In this document: in pieces, positions 15,893-26,685 of the stretch
How positions within the stretch are numbered: position 1 is the stretch's first letter
Layout of the letters: every line of letters starts with the position of its first letter
DNA from: Deltaproteobacteria bacterium
GTDB lineage: Bacteria; CG2-30-53-67
Assembly: GCA_013151235.1 (NCBI GenBank)
Contig: JAADIO010000036.1
Coordinates: forward strand, 1-35,690
Direction of reading: 5' to 3'
Length of the DNA stretch: 35,690 nucleotides
The notes under the pieces: generated by a model
What the model was told of the DNA's origin: nothing
Database searches by the model: none
What the model saw: only the letters and a program-made list of their open reading frames with translations
Program-made: the position numbers and the translations under genes

Positions 15893-17143
15893 TTACAGAA
15901 CATGTTCTTTGACAATATCATCCGACGTTCCCTCAACCCCATCCGCACCGAAACTTTTCAGGAAGATTGTACGATTTCTGCTCCGGTACCGGTATTTCCG
16001 CCCCCAGGGATCAAACAGCTCCGCCGAGTGGAGAATCCCTTTCCGGACCAGTTCCACCGGATCCTCCGGGAGGACCTGCTCCTCCAGAAAATAGACGTCA
16101 CAGGCAAAAAAGATGCGATCCATTTCCCGGACGGCATAAACATTCCGGATGGGTCCAAGAGAAGTCCCCACACCTCCCGTAATGGCCGTGAGGAGCCCTC
16201 CTGTCGGTTTGCGTGAAGCAAAAACCAGAAGAAGCAGGAATAGGAACATAATCACATACGCGGCAAGATTGCGCAACACCTTCTTTCCGCGGCCCTTCTC
16301 TCCCCTCCTCCCCGCCCCTGCAGGAGTTTCTCCCTTTCCGCTTATCTCCCGGATGAGCCCTGCGGAAACCAGGCTGTACAACGCCTTGCAGGTTTCAAAG
16401 GTTCCGATTCGGCCGAGATGGATCAGTTTCTGTACATCCCGCGTACCTTCCACCAATTGATAAATCCGGACCTCTGCCGGGCTGAGCGGAAATTCCTGAT
16501 CCAGGGTCTCCTTCCGGTCGGACAGGTTCTCTTCCTGTCCCTCCTCAAACATTCGGTCAATTGCACGATCCAGATCCTGTGCAGAAGCATCGATCATTCT
16601 CTTCTCGTCGGTCTTCTCAAAGATCCGGCTGTAATCATGAATGACCTTCCGCACCAGGGGCCATTCATCAATGATCCGCATGGCCTCCATGAGAATCTTC
16701 TCACAGGAGAGGGGAACCATATTGGTATGGTCATAGGTCACCGAAGGTTGCTGCGCAAAACGGTAGATTCCCTCCTGCCAGTCGAAAATCCGGTAGACCG
16801 TCTCCCGAACCTGAAGTTGAATCATGCTGGCCAGATCTTCCGCCCGGACCAGGTTCTCTTCTACCAGAATATGACCCAGTTTCCGTCCCGTCTCTTTCTG
16901 CCGGGCCAGTGCCCTTTCAAGATCCTGTTTCGAGAGAAGCTCCGATTCCACCAGCGCCCACCCGATGAGATCACTTTTCTTTTTTCGATAGGATTCCGCC
17001 GCCACCACCATCCCCGCCTCAAAGGTGAGGGTCGCCGTATCCTCCCCAGCGGTCAGCGTAAGGATTCCTGTCTTCTTCTGCATCCCGATCAACTGCAGGA
17101 TATCCGTTATGCCGAAATCTTTGATGTTTCCTTCAAGAGCCAT
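15893..17143 (-). CDS. DUF4388 (PATAN-like) protein with MshEN-like repeats, a TM helix and a C-terminal GspG-like domain
   Basis: MALEGNIKDFGITDILQLIG.QKKTGIL; LIGWALVESELL..LERALARQ..KLGHILV; IFDWQEGIYRF; TM helix; DPWGRKYRY..KSFGADGVEGTSDDI. Confidence 0.85.
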   Translation of the reverse strand: MALEGNIKDFGITDILQLIGMQKKTGILTLTAGEDTATLTFEAGMVVAAESYRKKKSDLIGWALVESELLSKQDLERALARQKETGRKLGHILVEENLVRAEDLASMIQLQVRETVYRIFDWQEGIYRFAQQPSVTYDHTNMVPLSCEKILMEAMRIIDEWPLVRKVIHDYSRIFEKTDEKRMIDASAQDLDRAIDRMFEEGQEENLSDRKETLDQEFPLSPAEVRIYQLVEGTRDVQKLIHLGRIGTFETCKALYSLVSAGLIREISGKGETPAGAGRRGEKGRGKKVLRNLAAYVIMFLFLLLLVFASRKPTGGLLTAITGGVGTSLGPIRNVYAVREMDRIFFACDVYFLEEQVLPEDPVELVRKGILHSAELFDPWGRKYRYRSRNRTIFLKSFGADGVEGTSDDIVKEHVL

Positions 17144-17175
17144 GAGTTCTCTCAACTTACAAAAGGGGAGAGCGA

Positions 17176-19152
17176 TCAATCCTGTAAACGATAGAGATGA
17201 AAACAAGACAACAGATAGACAACCATCACCGGCAGGAGCAACCAGAGATGCCGGCTCCAGGGCACTGCTTCAAAGACCATGACACCCGGGGGCAGGATCG
17301 ACCGAAAAAATCCGGAAACCAGAAGACAGACCACCAGGAAGAGTATGACAAAACCGGTAACCGGCCGTCCGAAATAAATATGGCCGCCGCCGGGAATCAG
17401 GATTCCGAGGATCCTCCCCTTTTCCACCTTCCGTTCCTTGTAACTCAGAATTTCAATGATCTTTCGCGTCCGCATCTTGACATCCACCCCCGCACCTTTT
17501 CCAAAAATATAGGCACATTGTGAGCAGATCGCCTCACGACGCCGGTGACTCTGGCATTTTCGGCAAAAGACGACACCGCATTTTCCGCAACGCCGGGAAT
17601 AACCGCGGAAACGCCGGAGCAGATGAAGGAGCAATGCCACCGGAAGAATCAGCAAGACCAGTCCACCCCGGACAATGATCTTCTTCAGAACCCCTCCTTG
17701 CGACCGGTCGGCCGGCCCGACCGAGAAGAGCGTCTTGAAAAAACCATTCCAGAGATTCCGGTCGGGCAGGACCGTATCAATCACCATCCGGTTGTAATTC
17801 GGGCCCAGGATCTTCACATAATAGGAGACTTCTGCAGGATTCAGTTTCCGGGCTTTGAAATACTCACTGTCACTTTTATCGAGGAGAAAGAGTTCCCGCT
17901 GGACAGCACTGAGATTGAAATGAAAAGCCGCCTCCCTCGGATCGAGAGCAATCGCCTCGTTGTACATTTCAACGGCCTTTTTCAGGTTGCGCATAGCATA
18001 ATAGACATTCCCGAGATTATTGTAATAATCCGCCTCGTTCCCATTCTGATGAATCGCCTTTTCCAGAACCTTCTTCGCCTTTGCATACTCTCCCCGTTTT
18101 TTGTAAGCCGTCCCCAACATGAAAAAGGCTGCGTCATCCTTTGGGAATTGTTCCGTCAGACGGGCCAGACCGGCCACCGCTGCGTCATCGGCGTCTCCGT
18201 CCCGATGACCGAGAATCGACTGCATACGATCACTGGACAGATGTTCCACCCCTCTCTGCAGCATATCCGTCCAGAGGGGTGTTACCAGAAGAAAAAACAA
18301 AAAGAAAAGATGGATGAACCGTTCTTTCCTGCCCGAATAACTCCAGAGGAGGATGAGCCAGAGGACACAGACACCGAAGAGTCCTCCCCCCAGCAGGAGG
18401 GGGGCGGACAAGAGGCAAGCCATGATAATCAACAACCCGGCACGGCTTGGATCGCCCGGCAGCAGTTCGTACAAATCATGATACAACATCCGGCCATACC
18501 GGAGCAACACCACAAGATAGAACACCCCGAAAAAGACAACACCGGCCATCAGGAGAAGAAAGAGACCGTCCATGATCAGGAGTGCGGCGAATTCAAATGA
18601 AAGGACCAGGCTCTTTCCCGTCCGGAAAGCCTCCTCCAGGACTCGGAACAAATTTGCCGGGCTCTGCCGCCAGAGAAGTTCCGCGAGTTTCCAGTGGGTT
18701 TCGGGAAGATCTCCGGCAAAGTCCTCGGCCTTACGACAAAGGCTCAGTGCCTTCTGATAATCTCCCTGAAGTGAGAGAAAATCCGCCTCACGCAACAAGG
18801 ATGCCGCAAAAGTTCGCACTCGAATCGCTCCCAGATCGACCAGCTGCTCATGGATACGATTCAGCAAAAGATCGCTGAGCTTATCATTGCCCAGTGCGAC
18901 GTAACGTTTTCGCAGAAACCATTCTTTTTGCAGTTTCTGAAAGAGGAGCGAAGGGCCCGTGCCGGAAAGTTCCGGGACGGGTCGTTTCAGAATTTCAGAC
19001 GGAACCAGGAGGGGGGAATTATCCTGAATGACATCCATCCATTCATAAGAAACAACAGGGCCCGGGACCAGAAGATCGACGAACAAAAAGAGAACAAGGA
19101 AGAAAACCACGATCTTCCACACCGGCATGGACCGCGACACAGCCTGGTTCAT
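17176..19152 (-). CDS. Polytopic membrane TPR protein with a C-terminal Cys cluster
   Basis: GGAGGAAGG RBS and ATGA overlap with plsY; TPRs (AFFMLGTAY, YYNNLGNVYY, FHFNLS); CGKC..CRKC..CSQC; LIPGGGHIYFGR. Confidence 0.85.
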   Translation of the reverse strand: MNQAVSRSMPVWKIVVFFLVLFLFVDLLVPGPVVSYEWMDVIQDNSPLLVPSEILKRPVPELSGTGPSLLFQKLQKEWFLRKRYVALGNDKLSDLLLNRIHEQLVDLGAIRVRTFAASLLREADFLSLQGDYQKALSLCRKAEDFAGDLPETHWKLAELLWRQSPANLFRVLEEAFRTGKSLVLSFEFAALLIMDGLFLLLMAGVVFFGVFYLVVLLRYGRMLYHDLYELLPGDPSRAGLLIIMACLLSAPLLLGGGLFGVCVLWLILLWSYSGRKERFIHLFFLFFLLVTPLWTDMLQRGVEHLSSDRMQSILGHRDGDADDAAVAGLARLTEQFPKDDAAFFMLGTAYKKRGEYAKAKKVLEKAIHQNGNEADYYNNLGNVYYAMRNLKKAVEMYNEAIALDPREAAFHFNLSAVQRELFLLDKSDSEYFKARKLNPAEVSYYVKILGPNYNRMVIDTVLPDRNLWNGFFKTLFSVGPADRSQGGVLKKIIVRGGLVLLILPVALLLHLLRRFRGYSRRCGKCGVVFCRKCQSHRRREAICSQCAYIFGKGAGVDVKMRTRKIIEILSYKERKVEKGRILGILIPGGGHIYFGRPVTGFVILFLVVCLLVSGFFRSILPPGVMVFEAVPWSRHLWLLLPVMVVYLLSCFHLYRLQD

Positions 19153-19742
19153 CCTTCCTCCCCCCGCAAAAGACGGCGGATATTTTCCCGATGTCGGATC
19201 ACCATCATCACCGACACCACCAATGCAAACCGAAACTGAATCATCTCTTTCGTCAGAAAAAAGGTTAACACCGGCAGCATCACCGCAACCGAAAGAGCAC
19301 CGACCGAAGAGACATGGGTCAGAGCGAATGCAACCCCCCAGATCAGCAGTAAAAGCAATCCGATGAAGGGCATGTAGGCGAGAAGGACCCCGAAGGTGGT
19401 CGCCACCCCCTTCCCTCCCCGGAAACGGTAGTAAAGGGGAAAATTGTGGCCCAAAATCGCGGCCAGGGCGGACAGGGCCATCCAACCCGGCTGTTCCATT
19501 CCAACCAGGAAGCGGGCGGCCGCAACGGCAACCGTCCCCTTGAGCAGATCCCCGGCCAGAGTCAAAGCCCCTTCCTTTTTCCCGATCACCCGAAGCACAT
19601 TCGTGCTGCCGACATTTCCGCTCCCTGCTTCCCTCAGGTTGACCCCCCGTCGTTTCGCGATGAGGACCCCGAAACAGATGGAACCGAGCAGATAGGAAAA
19701 AAGTATTGAACACAAGGGGGCAAAGACATGGGAGAAAGTCAT
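19149..19742 (-). CDS. plsY: Glycerol-3-phosphate acyltransferase
   Basis: YLLGSI, GSGNVGSTNVLR, DLLKG, GHNFP..FRGGKGVAT and RHRENIRRL. Confidence 0.96.
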   Translation of the reverse strand: MTFSHVFAPLCSILFSYLLGSICFGVLIAKRRGVNLREAGSGNVGSTNVLRVIGKKEGALTLAGDLLKGTVAVAAARFLVGMEQPGWMALSALAAILGHNFPLYYRFRGGKGVATTFGVLLAYMPFIGLLLLLIWGVAFALTHVSSVGALSVAVMLPVLTFFLTKEMIQFRFALVVSVMMVIRHRENIRRLLRGEEG

Positions 19743-20293
19743 GAGAAGTCTATCTCCCGCGCAAAACGGAGAGCATACTGCACACCGGAGATCAGTGCCA
19801 GAAACATGGCCGCCCAGATGAAAAGGGTCCCCAGAAAATGCCAGCTCAGAAAAAAGAAATGATTGTTCAAAAGGAGCATGAGAATGGCCGTAATCTGCGC
19901 CCCCATCTTGTATTTCCCCAAACGGTCAGCCGGAATAACCACCCCCTCCGTGGAGGCCATGGCCCGGAGCCCCGTCACGGCAAACTCCCGGGCGATCATC
20001 ACCACCACGATCCATGCCGACACCCGATGCAGTTGGACCAGGAAAATAAGTGCCGACGCAACAAGAATTTTATCTGCGATCGGGTCGAGAAGCTTCCCGA
20101 TCTTGGTAACCTGGTTCGTACTTCGGGCAATATAGCCGTCGAAAAAATCCGTAATCGATGCCAGTGAAAATATCAGAAAAGGCCAGAGACAGACCGTCTC
20201 CTGCCGCGCAGGAAGAAGGAGCACGATAAAGAGAGGAATGAGAATGATTCGCAGCATGGAGAGGAAGTTAGGAATATTCAAGGGGTAGACCAC
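19739..20293 (-). CDS. pgsA: CDP-diacylglycerol--glycerol-3-phosphate 3-phosphatidyltransferase
   Basis: NIPNFLSMLR, TDFFDGYIAR..GKLLDPIADK and REFAVTGLR. Confidence 0.95.
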   Translation of the reverse strand: MVYPLNIPNFLSMLRIILIPLFIVLLLPARQETVCLWPFLIFSLASITDFFDGYIARSTNQVTKIGKLLDPIADKILVASALIFLVQLHRVSAWIVVVMIAREFAVTGLRAMASTEGVVIPADRLGKYKMGAQITAILMLLLNNHFFFLSWHFLGTLFIWAAMFLALISGVQYALRFAREIDFS

Positions 20294-20316
20294 CTTATAA
20301 CGTTAACTATTTGATA

Positions 20317-20345
20317 AGAATACATTTTTACAAGACTATTGTCAA
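20317..20345 (-). promoter_or_regulatory. Sigma70 promoter of the pgsA-plsY operon
   Basis: Minus strand TTGACA, 17 nt, TATTCT. Confidence 0.6.
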
Positions 20346-20584
20346 CACGGAAGTAACGGGTATGGAGGAATTCTCCTTTACACTCGCCTCCCCTTTCTGT
20401 TAAATTATGGTAACGTCTCGGGTCATCTCTCTTTTTCCGCATGATTGCGTTATTGCGGTGCTCAAATCCTCGATGTATAAAAAATACGCAGCAGGTTTTC
20501 ATTCCTTACCTCTTTTCTTATGGAGAAACAGCAGCAACCTGAGCCGTCACAGATTACATAAATCCGAAATGAAACGGGGTTTGA

Positions 20585-21283
20585 ATGGACAACCGATCAA
20601 ACGAGAAGAACCTGAGACTCTTGCAGAAAATTCCCTTCTTCACCTCCCTGAAAGAGGAAGAACTCCGCACCATTTTACCTTTTCTGGAGGAAAAGCAAAC
20701 CCGGAAAGGCGAAATTCTGTTTCACGAGGGAGAACCGGGACGCCGCCTCTATCTGATCCGGATGGGGCAGGTCAAGGTCTTCAAACTTTCCGAGGGGGGA
20801 AAGGAGAAAATCCTCCGCGTCTTCGGTCCGGGTGACTTTTTCGCCGAACTACCCCTGCTGGACGGGGGCAATTACCCGGCTTCGGCTGAGGCACTCAGTG
20901 CAGCAACTCTTCTCTCATTGAGCCGGAAAAACTTTCTGGACATCCTGAAAAAATACCCCGTCATTACCGGGAAGATCTATGAGATCGTCGGAAACCGCCT
21001 TCGGCACTTCACCACCGTGGTCACCGACCTCACCCTGAAGGATGCCTCCCGTCGCCTCGCCGGTTTTCTTCTGGAGAAAGCAGCGCAACAGGTCCACCTT
21101 TCACAGGGGCAGGTCCGCTTCCCTCTGGGATTGACCCACCAGGAGATCGCCTCCCTCATCGGTACGGCACGAGAGACCGTCTCCCGTTCCCTGAAGCAGT
21201 TGCAGTCGGACGGAATTATTGAAATCAAGGAGCGATACGTTACCGTTCTTGACCGGAATGCCCTCAGGCAAGCGGCAAGATAA
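20585..21283 (+). CDS. Crp/Fnr-family transcriptional regulator
   Basis: cNMP-like domain (LFHEGE..LYLIRMGQVK, GDFFAE, YPASAEA) and HTH THQEIASLIGTARETVSR; no FNR Cys cluster. Confidence 0.92.
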   Translation: MDNRSNEKNLRLLQKIPFFTSLKEEELRTILPFLEEKQTRKGEILFHEGEPGRRLYLIRMGQVKVFKLSEGGKEKILRVFGPGDFFAELPLLDGGNYPASAEALSAATLLSLSRKNFLDILKKYPVITGKIYEIVGNRLRHFTTVVTDLTLKDASRRLAGFLLEKAAQQVHLSQGQVRFPLGLTHQEIASLIGTARETVSRSLKQLQSDGIIEIKERYVTVLDRNALRQAAR

Positions 21284-21293
21284 AACGGAATCG

Positions 21294-22106
21294 CTATTCA
21301 AAAACCTTTTTCTCGACGGAAGTTCGTCCGGGATTATTTTTTTTCAGATCCCGGGCAAGCGCTTCATCGACAAGCCGCTTGGCCTTCCGGGCCGACTGAT
21401 AAGCACCGTCTACCTTTTTCAGAATCTCCTTGAAGTCAAAGGAGTGCCATTTCACCTTGGATGCCTTATACTGCTGCTCCGCCTCTTTCAGAACCTCCGC
21501 CGCCCTTGCAACATCAACCCCCCGGCTCTCTGCCATTTTGATAAACTCGGCACTCCACTGAAGGGTATTCTTGGCGTAGAAGATTAGTCCGAGTGTGGCA
21601 TGGGCCTCTTCAGGGATCTGCTGCGGCAAACCACTTTCGGGATGGTGACATTTACGGCAGGCCTCCGCCACATTTTCAGGAAACAGGATGGAGGTATGCA
21701 TCGATCCGTGACAGGTAACACAGGTCGGTCCGTGGAATTTATGATTTCCTGCACGGATGGCTCGATAGTGTTTGCTGCGGAGAAATTCTTTCAGCTGGGG
21801 GCGATGACATCCCCCGCAAAGTTGCGGGATGTTCGCCCGGAAAACGGGACTGGCGGGATCGGAAGGGTCAAGGACATCGCGATGGGCCTCAGCGAATGAT
21901 ACCGCACCCGGGTTCCCGCCGTGACACCTGTCGCACGTGATGCCGGATTTTGCATGGGCCGTCCCCTTCCAATCAATATAGGCCTTTCCGACCGCCGTCT
22001 GCTCTCCCAACGATGCATGGCACTTTTCGCAGGAGTGTGCCTCAATACAGGGCGAAAAGAGCCTGAAAAAAGTGATCAGTAATATCAGTTTCCACCGGAT
22101 TCGCAT
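21294..22106 (-). CDS. Periplasmic pentaheme c-type cytochrome with C-terminal helical bundle
   Basis: Signal peptide; CEKCH, CDRCH, CGGCH, CVTCH and CRKCH; starts 10 nt after the pgl stop. Confidence 0.87.
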   Translation of the reverse strand: MRIRWKLILLITFFRLFSPCIEAHSCEKCHASLGEQTAVGKAYIDWKGTAHAKSGITCDRCHGGNPGAVSFAEAHRDVLDPSDPASPVFRANIPQLCGGCHRPQLKEFLRSKHYRAIRAGNHKFHGPTCVTCHGSMHTSILFPENVAEACRKCHHPESGLPQQIPEEAHATLGLIFYAKNTLQWSAEFIKMAESRGVDVARAAEVLKEAEQQYKASKVKWHSFDFKEILKKVDGAYQSARKAKRLVDEALARDLKKNNPGRTSVEKKVFE

Positions 22107-22116
22107 GAAGCACCCC

Positions 22117-22857
22117 TTAGCCGTCCTTCCCCCCGGCAGCATCCCGATCGATATACCAGTAGAGTTCCCCGGAAAGAGGCCGCACACCACGGGCCGGAAT
22201 CTCCGCCACACTCCCCGGCTGCAAAACCCTGTTCAACGGCTCTCGCTTCCCCTTCCCCGATACGAGAAACAGAACCGCCCCGCTGCGGTTCAGGAGAGGC
22301 AAGGTCAGGGTAAGCCGCCGGCGAATTCCCTGCGGCGAGACCGCCGGAACAACAAGTCGGTCTTTTTCTTCCAATGAAGCGGACCGGGGAAACAACGATG
22401 CCGTATGACCGTCATTGCCCAGCCCCAACAGGACCAGGTCCAGCCCATCCGATCCGGTCTCCGAGAAATAACGCCTCAATTCCTTTTCATATTGCCGGGC
22501 ACCCTTTTCCGGATTGAGTTCACCCTGCATCCGGTGAATGTTTCCTGCGGGGATATCGATTTTAGACAGGAGTTCCTCACAGACCATCCCGAAATTACTC
22601 TTTCCATCCTCCGGCGGAACGCAACGCTCGTCGCCCCAGTAAAGATCGATTTGCTCCCAGGGGAGTTGCGCAGAATATTCCGGCATTGCCAGCAAACGGT
22701 AGAGCCGCCTCGGTGTCGAACCACCCGAAAGGACTGCGGAAAAACGACCTTTTCCCCGAATGGCCGTCAAGGCACTCGATAGAAAGAACTCGGCTCCCGC
22801 CCGGCTGAGCGCCTCCGGATCGGAAAAGACCCGGATATTCCGTCCGACCTGATTCAC
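22117..22857 (-). CDS. pgl: 6-phosphogluconolactonase (start uncertain: GTG 22857 or TTG 22920)
   Basis: LSGGSTP, WGDERCVP, LLGLGNDGHTASLFP and RLTLTLP. Confidence 0.93.
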   Translation of the reverse strand: MNQVGRNIRVFSDPEALSRAGAEFFLSSALTAIRGKGRFSAVLSGGSTPRRLYRLLAMPEYSAQLPWEQIDLYWGDERCVPPEDGKSNFGMVCEELLSKIDIPAGNIHRMQGELNPEKGARQYEKELRRYFSETGSDGLDLVLLGLGNDGHTASLFPRSASLEEKDRLVVPAVSPQGIRRRLTLTLPLLNRSGAVLFLVSGKGKREPLNRVLQPGSVAEIPARGVRPLSGELYWYIDRDAAGGKDG

Positions 22858-22904
22858 GAATTCACTCAAAATTGAAGGAGGCGAACTTTCTGAAAAAGCG
22901 TCCT

Positions 22905-24485
22905 TCACAGCTCCCGCCAACGATCTTCGTCATGTTCCAGCAAGGCATTGGCCTCGACGGGTCCGGAGGAGCCGGCCGGATAACGATAGAGTGGAAAATG
23001 TTTCTCGCGGTTTTCAATCACTTCCAGTACCGGCGTCAAGATCGACCAGGTCCGCTCGACCCCCTCCTCCCGGACAAAAAGCATCGGGTCGCCCAACATC
23101 CCGTCGAGGAGTACCCGCTCGTAGGAGTCAAGGGCGATCCCCCCGGCAGCATCTTTATAGGAAAAATCGAGCATCACCGGCCGGAGGCAGGATTTGAATC
23201 CCGGCTTCTTGGTCTGGAAGGTAATCATGATCCGCTCGTCCGGCTGAATCCGCAGGATCAGGACATTCGGAGCGATCGACTCATCCGTTACGGCACGAAG
23301 CATGAGGTGAGGAATCTCCCTGAACTGGACGGCGATTTCCGTGACCTTTCGCGGAAGACGTTTCCCGGAACGAAGGTAAAATGGAACCCCCTGCCATCGC
23401 CAGTTATCCACAAAGAAACAGGCCGCCGCAAAGGTGGGAGTCCGGGAATCGGCAGCGACCCCCTTTTCCTCCCGGTAGCCCGGCAGCCGCTTTCCTTTGA
23501 GTTCCCCCGGACCGTACTGACCCAGGACCAGGCTCTCCCCGAGTTTCTCCAGGTCAAAGGACCGGAGAGACCGGAAGACCTTGATTTTTTCATCCCGTAC
23601 CCGTTCGGCATTGAAATAGGTGGGAGGTTCCATCGCCGTCAAGGCCAAAAGCTGCATCATATGATTCTGAAACATGTCACGCAGGACTCCGGCACCTTCA
23701 TAGTACCCAGCACGGCTTTCCACCCCCAGGGTCTCGACGGCTGTGATCTGAACGTGATCGATATAACGACGGTTCCATATAGGCTCGAATATGGCGTTCA
23801 TAAAGCGGAAGATGAGGATATTCTGGACGGTCTCCTTGCCAAGATAATGATCAATCCGGAAAACCTGGTTCTCCAGAAAATAATGGTGCAGGTGGGTATT
23901 TAACTCCTGCGCACTGGCCAGGTCCCGGCCGAAAGGCTTTTCAATAATAATCCGGGCATACCCATCGTCCTGACGGGCCAAGCCCGCCTCCCCGAGCCGT
24001 TCCGCAATGGTTTCATAGAGCGTGGGAGGAACCGCCAGATAAAAGATCCGGTTCCGTCCGGTTGCCTGTTCCCTCTCTTTCTCTTCAATCCGTTCATGAA
24101 GCGCCCGATAGGAATCGGGATCGCCGTAGTCAAGAGAATGATAAAAAATATGCCGGGAGAAGGCGGACCACTTCTCTTTGTCGAAGACACCGGAATGGGC
24201 CGTCCGTGTCCCCTCCATCAGGGTCTCCCGGAAGGCATCATCCGTCATCAGGGTTCGGGCGGTTCCCAGAATAAAGAAAGCCGGGGGAAGAAAATTGTTA
24301 TGATAGAGATAGTAGAGGGCCGGAATCAGTTTCCGCCGGGTCAGATCTCCGGAAGCACCGAAGATGACCAGGGCGCAGGGGTCAGGGATTTCCACGGTCG
24401 GGCAGACCTCCCCCTGGACCGGCTCCTGATTGCCGATTCTCTCCGACGTCCGGCCGGGCGGACGTCCATCCGGTTCATCACTCAT
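22905..24485 (-). CDS. zwf: Glucose-6-phosphate 1-dehydrogenase
   Basis: [27 protein letters not shown] and [12 protein letters not shown]. Confidence 0.96.
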   Translation of the reverse strand: MSDEPDGRPPGRTSERIGNQEPVQGEVCPTVEIPDPCALVIFGASGDLTRRKLIPALYYLYHNNFLPPAFFILGTARTLMTDDAFRETLMEGTRTAHSGVFDKEKWSAFSRHIFYHSLDYGDPDSYRALHERIEEKEREQATGRNRIFYLAVPPTLYETIAERLGEAGLARQDDGYARIIIEKPFGRDLASAQELNTHLHHYFLENQVFRIDHYLGKETVQNILIFRFMNAIFEPIWNRRYIDHVQITAVETLGVESRAGYYEGAGVLRDMFQNHMMQLLALTAMEPPTYFNAERVRDEKIKVFRSLRSFDLEKLGESLVLGQYGPGELKGKRLPGYREEKGVAADSRTPTFAAACFFVDNWRWQGVPFYLRSGKRLPRKVTEIAVQFREIPHLMLRAVTDESIAPNVLILRIQPDERIMITFQTKKPGFKSCLRPVMLDFSYKDAAGGIALDSYERVLLDGMLGDPMLFVREEGVERTWSILTPVLEVIENREKHFPLYRYPAGSSGPVEANALLEHDEDRWREL

Positions 24486-24534
24486 ACAAGCCACCTTTCC
24501 CTCCTCGATCCTTCCGCTGCAAAGGTCCGGTCGT

Positions 24535-26532
24535 TCACCCAAGAAGGGCTTTCGATTGCGCCGCCACATTCTCCGCTGTAAAACCGAGTTTCTCCATGAC
24601 CACCTTACCCGGCGCCGATGCCCCGAATCGATCCAGGCCGACGACCTTCCCATCCAGGCCGACAAAACGGCACCAGCCGACGGAGGAGCCGGCTTCAACG
24701 GCCAGGCGAGCCTTCACCCGGGATGGAAGGACCTCCTCCCGGTAGGCGTCCGATTGTTTCTCAAAGAGCTCCCACGAGGGAAGAGAAACCACCCGTACCC
24801 GATGCTTTTCCTCCCGAAGGGCCTCCGCTGCCGCCAGGGCAATCTCCACCTCGGAACCGGTGGCCATCAGAATCAATTCCGGCACGCCCCCGGGATCATC
24901 AGAGAGGATATAACCGCCCCGTTCCGCGCCCGCCACCGGGGCATAACGGCTTCGATCATAAACGGGGAGTTTCTGACGGGTCAGGATCAACGCCACCGGC
25001 CCCCCGCTGTGGGCCAGTGCAACCTTCCACGCTTCGGCCGTCTCGTTGGCATCGGCCGGTCGGATCACCGTAAGATTCGGGATGGCACGCAAGCCCGCAA
25101 GCTGTTCCACCGGCTGATGGGTCGGGCCGTCTTCCCCCAACCCGATGGAGTCGTGGGTAAAGACATAGATCACATGCTGTTCCATAAGTGCGGCCAGACG
25201 GATGGCCGGTTTCATGTAGTCGGAAAAAATCAGGAAGGTACCGCCATACGGAATCAGACTGCTCAAGGCCATACCGTTCAGGACCGCCCCCATGGCATGT
25301 TCGCGGACACCGAAATGGATATTCCTGCCCGGCTCCCCCCGCTGGAATTCTCCCAGGCCTTTGAGGAAGGTATTGTTGGACGGGGCCAGATCGGCCGAGC
25401 CCCCGATGAGAAAGGGGAAATCCCCGGCCACGGCATTTAAGACCTTGCCCGAGGCACTCCGCGTCGCGATCGGCCCGTCATCAGGCGCAAAAACGGGAAC
25501 CGACTTTTCCCATCCCGCCGGAAGCCCGCCCGATTGCATCAATTCCCATTGAGCAGAAAGATCCGGATGCTTCTTGCCATAGTCCTTGAAAATCTCATTC
25601 CACGCCTCTTCGGCCTTCGCTCCCCTCTCCCCGGCCAAACGGAGATGGGAGAGAGCCTCCTCCGGGATGTAAAAGGGAGGCTCCTGGGGCCATCCCAGGT
25701 TTTCCTTGGTCAGCTTCAGCTCCTCCACCCCGAGGGGAGATCCATGTACATCCGCCGTATCGTGTTTATTGGGACTGCCGAATCCGATATGGGTTCGGGC
25801 AATAATCAGAGAGGGTTTCTTCGTCTCCGTCCGGGCGGACCGGAGGGCGGCATCGATCTGTGCAAGATCGTTCCCGTCCACACGCTGAACATGCCAGCGG
25901 TAAGCCTCGAACCGTTTCCCCACATCCTCGGTAAAGGCGATCTCCGTCGATCCTTCAATAGAAATCTGATTGGCGGAATAAAGATAGATCATCTTTCCGA
26001 GCCCAAGGTGCCCGGCCATGGAAGCCGCCTCGGACGAGATTCCCTCCATCAGGTCGCCGTCGCTGACGATGGCATAGGTAAAATGATCCACCAGATCAAG
26101 CCCCGGACGGTTAAAGTGGGAGGCGAGATACGCCTCGGCCATGGCCATGCCGACGCCGGTAGCAAAGCCCTGCCCCAACGGCCCGGTGGTCATCTCGATC
26201 CCATGTTCCAGGCAATACTCCGGATGCCCCGCCGTAGGGCTTCCCCATTGACGAAACTGCTTCAGATCGTCCAGGCTCAGAGGATAACCGGTCAGATGGA
26301 GCAGCGAATAGAGGAGCATGGAGCCGTGTCCGGCCGAAAGGATGAAGCGGTCGCGGTTCGGCCAGCGGGGATTCCCCGGATTGTGTTTCAAAAAACGATC
26401 CCACAGGACGTAGGCCATGGGGGCATCCCCCATCGGCATCCCCGGATGACCGGATTTTGCCTTCTCCACCCCTTCCACCGCCGTCATCCGGATCGTATTG
26501 ACACAGAGTTCATCTATCTTTCCATATCCCAT
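24535..26532 (-). CDS. tkt: Transketolase
   Basis: [34 protein letters not shown] and [16 protein letters not shown]. Confidence 0.97.
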   Translation of the reverse strand: MGYGKIDELCVNTIRMTAVEGVEKAKSGHPGMPMGDAPMAYVLWDRFLKHNPGNPRWPNRDRFILSAGHGSMLLYSLLHLTGYPLSLDDLKQFRQWGSPTAGHPEYCLEHGIEMTTGPLGQGFATGVGMAMAEAYLASHFNRPGLDLVDHFTYAIVSDGDLMEGISSEAASMAGHLGLGKMIYLYSANQISIEGSTEIAFTEDVGKRFEAYRWHVQRVDGNDLAQIDAALRSARTETKKPSLIIARTHIGFGSPNKHDTADVHGSPLGVEELKLTKENLGWPQEPPFYIPEEALSHLRLAGERGAKAEEAWNEIFKDYGKKHPDLSAQWELMQSGGLPAGWEKSVPVFAPDDGPIATRSASGKVLNAVAGDFPFLIGGSADLAPSNNTFLKGLGEFQRGEPGRNIHFGVREHAMGAVLNGMALSSLIPYGGTFLIFSDYMKPAIRLAALMEQHVIYVFTHDSIGLGEDGPTHQPVEQLAGLRAIPNLTVIRPADANETAEAWKVALAHSGGPVALILTRQKLPVYDRSRYAPVAGAERGGYILSDDPGGVPELILMATGSEVEIALAAAEALREEKHRVRVVSLPSWELFEKQSDAYREEVLPSRVKARLAVEAGSSVGWCRFVGLDGKVVGLDRFGASAPGKVVMEKLGFTAENVAAQSKALLG

Positions 26533-26685
26533 CTTACTCCCCTTTCTCTCTTTTATTACAGCATATTGGGTGGAATTTCAGAATCTGAAGATTATAGACG
26601 GATATATATACTACCGGTTCAGAATTTACAAGAAAAGAATCCGGGCAGCGGCAAAGCGTCATTGCACGTCCCGGCTTGTCCGGCG

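Noticed and set aside
19153-19713. 845-aa version of the TPR ORF
   Set aside because: The extension overlaps plsY out of frame; an RBS and ATGA coupling support ATG 19152
20294-20584. Possible CRP/FNR box upstream of the regulator
   Set aside because: No TGTGA-N6-TCACA or TTGAT-N4-ATCAA with correct spacing was seen
24486-24698. N-terminal extension of zwf
   Set aside because: It overlaps tkt; the RBS supports ATG 24485
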